This document shows, one piece after another, positions 56,639 through 64,000 of a DNA stretch of 64,000 nucleotides. Location: positions 248,001 to 312,000 of the IMG/VR virus record IMGVR_UViG_3300038424_000251. One strand, 5' to 3'. The position numbers and the translations under genes are program-made. Position 1 is the first letter of the stretch. Each line of letters begins with the position of its first letter. Below the pieces are notes generated by a model. That model saw only the letters and a program-made list of their open reading frames with translations. It was not told the origin of the DNA and made no database searches.

Positions 56639-57568
56639 ATGAAGAAGAAAAAAACCCTGAAGCATAGTCATGTCCATAAATTCAATAAGAAGAATAGAAA
56701 ACTAAGAAAAAAAACTATTCATCGAAAAAAAAGAGTTGTTCGTCATTATAGAAGAAAGGTGATGCGCCGATATCATAAGAAAAGAGTTATAAAAAATCCT
56801 ATAATATCATCTGTATCTCCCATTGTAGTAATTACACCACCAAAACGAGGTAAAAGAAGTAGTAACACCTCCATTAGTAAGATGTATTTTACTAAAGATA
56901 CTGAGGATTCTATTATTAAATATAATAACACAACTGATTCTCAAATTAGAGAAGATATTTACAATACTAAAATTAAACATCCGTTTGAAAAATTAGTTGA
57001 GAATATTTTTAATACATTTAAATTTAGTTATTTTGAAATTGGTCCTTTGGATGTTCAAAAAGAAACTGTCGCTCATTTAGTATCAAACATACATAAATTT
57101 GAAGCTGGAAAGGGTAAAGCTTTTTCTTATTTTTCAATTATAGCAAAACATTATTTAATTGCGTTAAATAACTCAACTTATAAAAGACGTAACCAACATG
57201 TCGAAATAAGTGAAGAGCATGATGAAAATACAGTTCAGCTTCAAACCGAAGATAAACATTATAAAGATGCAGAAATGCATGAATTCATGGAGTTGATGAT
57301 AAAATTTTGGGAAAATAATGTAGGAAAAATTTTTACCAAACAAAGGGATTTAGATATAGCTAATGCGGTTATTGAATTGTTTAGAAGTTCTGACCGAATA
57401 GATGCATTCAATAAAAAAGCTTTATATCTCTATATCCGAGAAATTTCGTCTTGTAAAACCCAGCAAATTACTAAAGTAATCAACAAGATGAAACAATATC
57501 AAAATAACATATCCCGTTCTTATCTTAACCAAGGTTCTATAAATACCGAAAATTACATAAAGGTTTAA
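56639..57568 (+). CDS. putative late sigma factor (gp55-like)
   Basis: region-2-like KFEAGKGKAFSYFSIIAK; very basic N-terminus. Confidence 0.6.
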   Translation: MKKKKTLKHSHVHKFNKKNRKLRKKTIHRKKRVVRHYRRKVMRRYHKKRVIKNPIISSVSPIVVITPPKRGKRSSNTSISKMYFTKDTEDSIIKYNNTTDSQIREDIYNTKIKHPFEKLVENIFNTFKFSYFEIGPLDVQKETVAHLVSNIHKFEAGKGKAFSYFSIIAKHYLIALNNSTYKRRNQHVEISEEHDENTVQLQTEDKHYKDAEMHEFMELMIKFWENNVGKIFTKQRDLDIANAVIELFRSSDRIDAFNKKALYLYIREISSCKTQQITKVINKMKQYQNNISRSYLNQGSINTENYIKV

Positions 57569-57598
57569 TAAAATACCATACGCCTCTATTTATAGGGT

Positions 57599-57976
57599 AT
57601 GGAAACTGATTTTGAATTATTTGAAGGAAAATCCTTCAGGGATTTATGTAGAGATATTGTTACTAATCAAACTCATCGCAAAGAACAAATCGAAATTTTT
57701 ATTGGAGATTTGCGTCCAATGATTAAAACGGTTAACGATGCTATGCAAGTTGTTCCTCTTATAAAACAATATATTGATGCAGGCATTTCTAATGACGAAC
57801 ATCTTGTAAAATTGGCTCAAATTTGCCAAAGAATTATGGCTATTCAAGCTAATGTTGAAGCCGGTGGTGGTTCTTTTGGTCTTAGTGAAGAAGAAAAAAA
57901 AGAATTGATGACTACTATTGATGAGATTAAGAAATCAGATTCGGTTATTGTTAAAACTATTTCTCAAAAGGAATAA
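57599..57976 (+). CDS. conserved hypothetical protein
   Basis: NDEHLVKLAQI.QR; LSEEEK. Confidence 0.8.
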   Translation: METDFELFEGKSFRDLCRDIVTNQTHRKEQIEIFIGDLRPMIKTVNDAMQVVPLIKQYIDAGISNDEHLVKLAQICQRIMAIQANVEAGGGSFGLSEEEKKELMTTIDEIKKSDSVIVKTISQKE

Positions 57977-57979
57977 GTT

Positions 57980-59596
57980 ATGTCATATTGGAATAGACCT
58001 TTTAGTAACTTTGCTCCTTCGTTAGATACAGTATCTCTTTCTGCTGGTATGCGAAAGGGTAAGACTACTGCTGATGAATTTTATGAAATAGAACCTGCTA
58101 TAGTCTTAGATATAATATTAGACATAAATCATCCTTATTTTAAAGAAAAAAATTATAAATTGATTCCTGACCAATGGCCTGTCTGTATAAATGGAAAACC
58201 GCCTCTAAATACCGACCAAGATTATACTTGGGTAGGTAGAGCGCAAGTCAGGCTTCTTTATAGTCAACGTAATGTAGCTAAAGAAGATTTGATATGGGCA
58301 ATACCTTTGGAATCCAATATATCAGAATATCCTGTATTAAATGAAATTGTTGGTGTAGTATTTTATTTGGGTCAATATTATTATACAAGAAAAATTAACA
58401 TCTTTAATACTCCTAACGCTGATGCTAATTTTAATATGGAATTAGCGTATGGTGGATTTAGAGATAATCCTCAATCTATAATTCAAGGAAATAGAGAATT
58501 ATTGGTTAATTCTACAGACCCAAAAATTCCGTATATTGGACCACCCTCTAAGTTAAACTCTTTAGGTAGTGTTGGATATGTAGGTGCATTAGGAAGATAT
58601 TTTTTTTATAATAATAGAATACGATGCCTTAAGAGAAGAGAAGGAGATTTGATTTTTGAAAGTCGTTTTGGGCAGTCTATTCGATTTGCTTCTTATGATG
58701 ACAACAGAAATAATGATAAAGGTTATAATTCTGATTTCAGTGGATATGCTGATTATAAAGGTAGTGGTATAACCAATCCATATTCTAAAACAGAAGCAGG
58801 TGGCGGCAATCCTATGCTTCTTATTCGCAATCGTCAACGACCATTAAATTCAACAAGTGATGATGAGAAAAATGTTGGTGGTTACATGCTAGAAGATATT
58901 AATAATGATGGTTCTTCTATACATCTTACATCAGGTGTTACTTTAAGTGCATTTCAAACAACATGCTTAAAGAAAATGTGGGGAATGGGAGAAGAACAAT
59001 CTAAATTTAACGGTAATACTTTATTTGTATTTCCTAAATTATTAGGTGACCAGATAGTAATAAACAGTGATAGAATTGTTATTTCAGCTAAAAGAAACGA
59101 AATGTTTCAATATTCAAAAAAACGAATGGCATTTGTTACGGATGATGAATTTACAGTTGATGCTCAAAATCAAATAGTTATTAACACAAACAATAAAACG
59201 GTATTAAATTCCCCGGCTATTTATTTAGGAGAATATAATCAGACTAATGAACCTGTTTTGCTTGGGCAAACATCGGTCAATTGGCTGTATAATTTGTGTA
59301 ATTGGTTATTGGAACATACCCATTGGTATAAACACAATCATCCGGATGCACAGGGTGGAACAGTGGGTGGCCCAAATCCGGTTCAAACACAAGCATCGGT
59401 TCAGATAGCATCTTTGATTGTATTAAGAGATACTTTAAATTTATTAATGAGTAGAAGAGTATTTGTAGTGGGTGGCGGGCTAGCACCGGGTGTGAATGGT
59501 GGGACTATTCCAAACGGTGCATCACCTGTAACAATAACCACACCTTCTGGGACTGGAGTTCCGGGCGGATGGGGCGGGTCTAATTATAAAACATAA
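57980..59596 (+). CDS. baseplate hub/spike (gp5-like)
   Basis: N-terminal OB-like region, GD..ESRFGQSIR, QIVINSDR, EPVLLG, HTH tip motif. Confidence 0.7.
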   Translation: MSYWNRPFSNFAPSLDTVSLSAGMRKGKTTADEFYEIEPAIVLDIILDINHPYFKEKNYKLIPDQWPVCINGKPPLNTDQDYTWVGRAQVRLLYSQRNVAKEDLIWAIPLESNISEYPVLNEIVGVVFYLGQYYYTRKINIFNTPNADANFNMELAYGGFRDNPQSIIQGNRELLVNSTDPKIPYIGPPSKLNSLGSVGYVGALGRYFFYNNRIRCLKRREGDLIFESRFGQSIRFASYDDNRNNDKGYNSDFSGYADYKGSGITNPYSKTEAGGGNPMLLIRNRQRPLNSTSDDEKNVGGYMLEDINNDGSSIHLTSGVTLSAFQTTCLKKMWGMGEEQSKFNGNTLFVFPKLLGDQIVINSDRIVISAKRNEMFQYSKKRMAFVTDDEFTVDAQNQIVINTNNKTVLNSPAIYLGEYNQTNEPVLLGQTSVNWLYNLCNWLLEHTHWYKHNHPDAQGGTVGGPNPVQTQASVQIASLIVLRDTLNLLMSRRVFVVGGGLAPGVNGGTIPNGASPVTITTPSGTGVPGGWGGSNYKT

Positions 59597-59604
59597 TACA
59601 TAAT

Positions 59605-60159
59605 ATGAAAATAGATGAATTAAGAAAAGCTATTCGACACTTGGTAAGACAAGAAGTTAAAAAAACGGTAGCAGAAGAGGTCAGTAAAGCTATGGGTAAG
59701 GTGTTGGTGGAAATGGTAAAGGAAATTAAATCCAATAATCCTTCTAAGATAATTGAAGATGTTGAAGAAGTGCCAGAATCTACTGCTGCTATCATACAAA
59801 CAAAAAATCCAAAACTTAATTCTGTTTTGGCTGAAACTGCTCGTAATTTCAAACCATTACAGAAAACAACTGATGCATCTTTGATAGAATTGATTGGTGG
59901 CGGAATGGCAAAAATAGGTCAAGAGGAAAATATGGAATCAGAACAACCTGCTACTAAAATAGATTTCCTGAAACAAATAGTAGGACAGCCATCAGAAGTA
60001 AGTCAACCATCTGCTTTAGATGGCGGAGCTGAAGTTCCTGCTGCTTTAAAGAAGGTTTTCAAAAAGGACTTTAGAGCTATTATGAAAAGGATAGATGAAC
60101 AGAAAAAGGGAACAGCTAGTGGAGGATATATTGATACTACAAAACTTTTATCTGGATAA
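59605..60159 (+). CDS. hypothetical protein
   Basis: ELRKAIRHLVRQEV; KDFRAIMK. Confidence 0.8.
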   Translation: MKIDELRKAIRHLVRQEVKKTVAEEVSKAMGKVLVEMVKEIKSNNPSKIIEDVEEVPESTAAIIQTKNPKLNSVLAETARNFKPLQKTTDASLIELIGGGMAKIGQEENMESEQPATKIDFLKQIVGQPSEVSQPSALDGGAEVPAALKKVFKKDFRAIMKRIDEQKKGTASGGYIDTTKLLSG

Positions 60160-60161
60160 TT

Positions 60162-60596
60162 ATGGCAACTATAGTCACAAATCCTATATCAGCAGTTCCA
60201 ATTGGATTAACTTTACCAATTCAAGATGGTAATAGTGGATATTTTGCACAATCGTTTGATACTTTAACACAAGTTAAAACCAATATTACTAATCTTTTAA
60301 ATACTCGTCAGGGAGAAAAAAGATTTCAACCAACATTTGGAACAAGATTATGGAATTTGGTTTTTGAACAAAACGTAGATACGTTGAAAGACCAAGCAAT
60401 TAATATAGTGAGTGAAGATATATCATCATGGATACCAAATGTGACGGTTACTAATGTAACTGCTAATTTATTAACAAGTAATCAAATAATAGCAGAAACA
60501 GATATTTATATGTTGGAAATTGCTGTGACTTTCATGGTAAATTTAACAAAACAAATTGACACGGTAATAGTAACAATTAATAATGCCTTACAGTAA
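60162..60596 (+). CDS. baseplate wedge subunit, gp25-like
   Basis: NLLNTRQGEKRFQPTFGT.L..VFE..WIP. Confidence 0.9.
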   Translation: MATIVTNPISAVPIGLTLPIQDGNSGYFAQSFDTLTQVKTNITNLLNTRQGEKRFQPTFGTRLWNLVFEQNVDTLKDQAINIVSEDISSWIPNVTVTNVTANLLTSNQIIAETDIYMLEIAVTFMVNLTKQIDTVIVTINNALQ

Positions 60597-60599
60597 TTT

Positions 60600-62588
60600 A
60601 TGGCAACAACAACACAAAAAAGCTTTCAGCCAAATAGTAAAGAAGTAAGATATCTCAATAAGGATTTTTCTCAATTTCGCCAAAATCTTATTAATTTTGC
60701 CAAGTATTATTTTCCAAACACTTATGCTGATTTTAATGATGCAGCTCCGGGTATGATGTTTATTGAAATGGCATCTTATGTTGGAGATGTTTTATCTTAT
60801 TATACTGACTATGCTTTCAAAGAGGGTCTTCTTTATAATACAACAGAGAGAAAAAATATTATCGCTCTAGCAAAATATCTTGGTTATACAACTTCGCCGG
60901 CAAAAGGTGCCACCGGACAGATAAATGTATCTCAAATTTGTCCTACTACAGTTGATGAGAATGGAAATTATGTTCCTGATAATAATTATGCATTAAGTAT
61001 TCAGGAAAATATGCAAGTGTCTAATAATGCTGGTGCATATTTTTTGACTTCTGAAACCATAGATTTCACAGTTAATACCAACTTATCTCCGTTGACTTCA
61101 TCAGTTTATCAAAGAGATAATACAGGAGTTCCCACATTTTTCTTATTGCAAAAAACTTCTAATATTCGTTCAGGACAAATTGTAACTAAAACTTTTACAA
61201 TTAGTGCAATGCAACCATTTATAAATCTTTATCTTGATGAGGATAATGTTTTGGAAATCATAAGCGTGGTTGATTCTGATAATAATCAATGGCATCAAGT
61301 TGATTTCTTAGCTCAAGAAATGGTTCTTACTGATGTTCCAAATAATGAAGCATTTGAAGGAACGCTTTCCACTTATCAAGGTACTGTTCCTTATATTCTT
61401 GATTACTTGAAAACATCACGAAGATTTACAGTTAATGTAGATGAAAATAATAAAACATATTTGCAATTTGGAGCTGGAACGAGTGGATTTGCTGATGAAA
61501 TTATTAATTTAAGTTCACAACAAATTGGAGTTGGATTATCTAACATAAGTAATCTTAATTTACCAATAGACCCTTCTAATTTTCTTAATAATGACACTTA
61601 CGGATTAGCACCACAAAATACTACATTGACTGTAACATATACAATTGGTGGTGGTTTTGAGTCAAATTCACCATCAAATTCCATTATCAATGTCGATTCA
61701 GTTACTATAAACAATTCAACAGATGGACTTACACCTGAACAAACGTCACTTCTCAATACCGTTCAAAGTTCTTTAAAAGTTAACAACCCAGATGCTACCG
61801 TGGGCGGTGCTGGACCTGAAAGTAATGACAATATTCGGCAAAATGCTATTGCTGCTTTTGCAGCTCAGAATAGAGTAGTTACACAAAATGATTATTTGGC
61901 AAGAGTATATGCATTACCCCCAAAATATGGTTCAATTGCTAAAGCGCAGGTTATAACTTATAATAGTTTGGATGTATATCAAAATCAAATTTTAACAGGA
62001 ACAGTTAGTCAAGACAATATTGCTATTGTTAATAATGCCAATACCCAAACTTATTTTAGGAATGTTGCTTTTGATAGAAGCAATCCTTTTGCTGTTAACC
62101 TTTATATTTTGTCATTTGATGAAAATGGAAATCTTACTCAATCAAATGAAGCGTTGGTAACTAATTTGTTGACTTATTTGAGACGTTATAGAATGTTGAC
62201 TGATGGCATTAATGTTATTGATGGTTATATAATCAATATAGGAGTCCAATTTACAATCAGTGTTTTCAAAGGTTATAATAAGAAAGATGTATTAACAAAT
62301 GCTATTGCTGCTGTTCAAGCTTTTTTTGATATAGATAAATGGGAATTCTCACAACCTATTAATTTAAGTAGCTTAAGATTGGAAATTGCTAAAGTTGAAG
62401 GTGTTCAGACGGTTGTATCGTTAAATATTATCAATCTTACACCATTAACAACCAATGGTGGAAATTATTCTCCCGTAGCATACGATATTTCAGCTGCTAC
62501 TAAAAATGACATAATTTATCCTTCTTTGGACCCATCCATTTTTGAAGTAAAATATCCAAACAGTGATATACAAGGAACCACAATGTAA
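60600..62588 (+). CDS. baseplate wedge subunit, gp6-like
   Basis: KDF..L..F..DFN..GMMFIE..SYVGDVLSYY; LQFG.G; QNRVVT..DY. Confidence 0.9.
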   Translation: MATTTQKSFQPNSKEVRYLNKDFSQFRQNLINFAKYYFPNTYADFNDAAPGMMFIEMASYVGDVLSYYTDYAFKEGLLYNTTERKNIIALAKYLGYTTSPAKGATGQINVSQICPTTVDENGNYVPDNNYALSIQENMQVSNNAGAYFLTSETIDFTVNTNLSPLTSSVYQRDNTGVPTFFLLQKTSNIRSGQIVTKTFTISAMQPFINLYLDEDNVLEIISVVDSDNNQWHQVDFLAQEMVLTDVPNNEAFEGTLSTYQGTVPYILDYLKTSRRFTVNVDENNKTYLQFGAGTSGFADEIINLSSQQIGVGLSNISNLNLPIDPSNFLNNDTYGLAPQNTTLTVTYTIGGGFESNSPSNSIINVDSVTINNSTDGLTPEQTSLLNTVQSSLKVNNPDATVGGAGPESNDNIRQNAIAAFAAQNRVVTQNDYLARVYALPPKYGSIAKAQVITYNSLDVYQNQILTGTVSQDNIAIVNNANTQTYFRNVAFDRSNPFAVNLYILSFDENGNLTQSNEALVTNLLTYLRRYRMLTDGINVIDGYIINIGVQFTISVFKGYNKKDVLTNAIAAVQAFFDIDKWEFSQPINLSSLRLEIAKVEGVQTVVSLNIINLTPLTTNGGNYSPVAYDISAATKNDIIYPSLDPSIFEVKYPNSDIQGTTM

Positions 62589-62608
62589 ATTAGGTAAGAT
62601 TAAACAAT

Positions 62609-64000
62609 ATGCATCATTTCATTTATCCATCACAAGACACATTCATAACCAACACTGTAGGACTTGAAGACCTAAATTTTGGATTGGATGAAATTTTGCG
62701 TGTAGGTACTGAAACGATTACTGTTAAAAGCACATCACCAACTACAACTATTCCTATCTTTGGAACGGTATTAAATTTATGTGTGTCAGGATTTTCAGGT
62801 TCTATTGTTAATTCTTCCATTTATGGGACAGCATCATTTGCATCGGGAGTGATTACAAGTAGTATTGATGCAAATGTAACTGCTTCTAATTTTAATGGAA
62901 TATTGACAGGTAGTTATCTTTCATCTTCTTTATTGAGTGGTTCAGCTTTTACAGGTTCATTGACAAATTTCAGTGGTAGTTTTACAGGTATTTTTAGTGG
63001 AAGTGTTTCTGGTTATCTTTGGACTGATTATTTACAGTACTTTAACGGTAATGTGATTGGGTTTACTGGTCAAATTATTTCAGGAAGTGTTAATGGAGCT
63101 GACATTTTACCACAACAAAATACAACCATTTCTGATATAATTTATGATAATAGAGCATTAGTTCAATTTGACATAACTGCTATTTCTCAGTCCATTGCTA
63201 GTAGGGATATTGTTAATCCAGAATTTAGACTAAAATTAAAGGTAGCAAGGGAATTTGAATTACCTATACAATATCATATTTATGCTTTTCCAATTTCTGA
63301 AAGTTGGGTAATGGGTAATGGATATGTATCTGATAACGGTTCATCACAGGGGGCTAACTGGATATATAGAGATTATGATGGAGGCACACCTTGGGCTACT
63401 ACAGGTTCATCTTATATTTCATCTTTATCTGTTACTCAGTCTTTTAATTATCAGGTTGGTGACATCAATGTGGATGTTACACCCATTGTCAATGCATGGG
63501 TAAGTGGAACAGTTCCTAATAATGGAATTGTTTTAATCAGCGGTGATGAATTTGCACCAACAAGTTCAGGTATGAGTTTGTATTTCTTTAGTAAGGATAC
63601 TAACACTATTTATGAACCTATTTTGGATGTTGGATGGAGTGATTTTTCTTGGTCAACGGGTAGTATAATCACTTCTAGTGCGAATATTTCTACAATTCCT
63701 GCAGGTATTTCTGGAAGTGTTAGTGATAGTGGTTCTATAAGTGGTTTCCTATTTGGTTGTTTCACAGGATTTGGTAATATGTCCTTTTCTTCTAGTATTG
63801 ACCCTATTAGTGGCTCTAGTGGTTCTTTTATCACAAATTCTTATGCGAGTGGGATAATTCAAGCAACTGGACTTTCTGGGTTGATAACAAGTATGTCTAT
63901 CAATGGGGATTTTGTTGGTATGGTTAGTAGTTCTACAGTTTGTTTAATTTCTACTTGTAGTTCATGCATACCAAACTTTTATTCCAGAACTGGTGATAGT
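62609..64000 (+). CDS. virion structural protein (partial, runs off window)
   Basis: MHHFIYPSQDT..NFGLDEIL..RALVQFD..W..G..PNNG; Gly/Ser-rich. Confidence 0.75.
   Translation, partial: MHHFIYPSQDTFITNTVGLEDLNFGLDEILRVGTETITVKSTSPTTTIPIFGTVLNLCVSGFSGSIVNSSIYGTASFASGVITSSIDANVTASNFNGILTGSYLSSSLLSGSAFTGSLTNFSGSFTGIFSGSVSGYLWTDYLQYFNGNVIGFTGQIISGSVNGADILPQQNTTISDIIYDNRALVQFDITAISQSIASRDIVNPEFRLKLKVAREFELPIQYHIYAFPISESWVMGNGYVSDNGSSQGANWIYRDYDGGTPWATTGSSYISSLSVTQSFNYQVGDINVDVTPIVNAWVSGTVPNNGIVLISGDEFAPTSSGMSLYFFSKDTNTIYEPILDVGWSDFSWSTGSIITSSANISTIPAGISGSVSDSGSISGFLFGCFTGFGNMSFSSSIDPISGSSGSFITNSYASGIIQATGLSGLITSMSINGDFVGMVSSSTVCLISTCSSCIPNFYSRTGDS

Overview
This is an AT-rich segment of a large (jumbo-type) myophage genome, transcribed almost entirely on the + strand. 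All calls were made by eye, without database searches. (1) 1-6.9 kb: about 20 tiny early genes, almost each with its own GCTTGACA-N16-TAnnnT promoter and little or no 5' leader. The -35 box often supplies the upstream gene's TGA stop. (2) 7-18.7 kb: accessory genes (Tpt1/ART-like, AMMECR1, PKD protein, DUF1152, two ADP-ribosylglycohydrolases, an outer-membrane beta-barrel) and a tmRNA. (3) 18.8-47.1 kb: an RNA island with about 45 CCA-encoding tRNAs, a ~1.1 kb GOLLD-like RNA, a minimal RNase P RNA, truncated or expanded tRNA mimics and many orphan RNAs closed by a terminal stem. HNH/GIY-YIG nucleases, two putative R-M pairs, a MoaD-like protein and four secreted FN3-like paralogs are interspersed. 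(4) 47-64 kb: TyrA-like, SMR-like, HD, PhoH, Ser-rich fibre-like proteins, a late sigma-like factor and baseplate genes. The two best novelty candidates are a 7-member covarying ncRNA family (stem + CAGCAA, including one circularly permuted tRNA-fused copy) and a leaderless 46-codon peptide containing all 20 amino acids, wired into a terminator/antiterminator upstream of a tRNA block. The latter looks like a general tRNA-depletion sensor.
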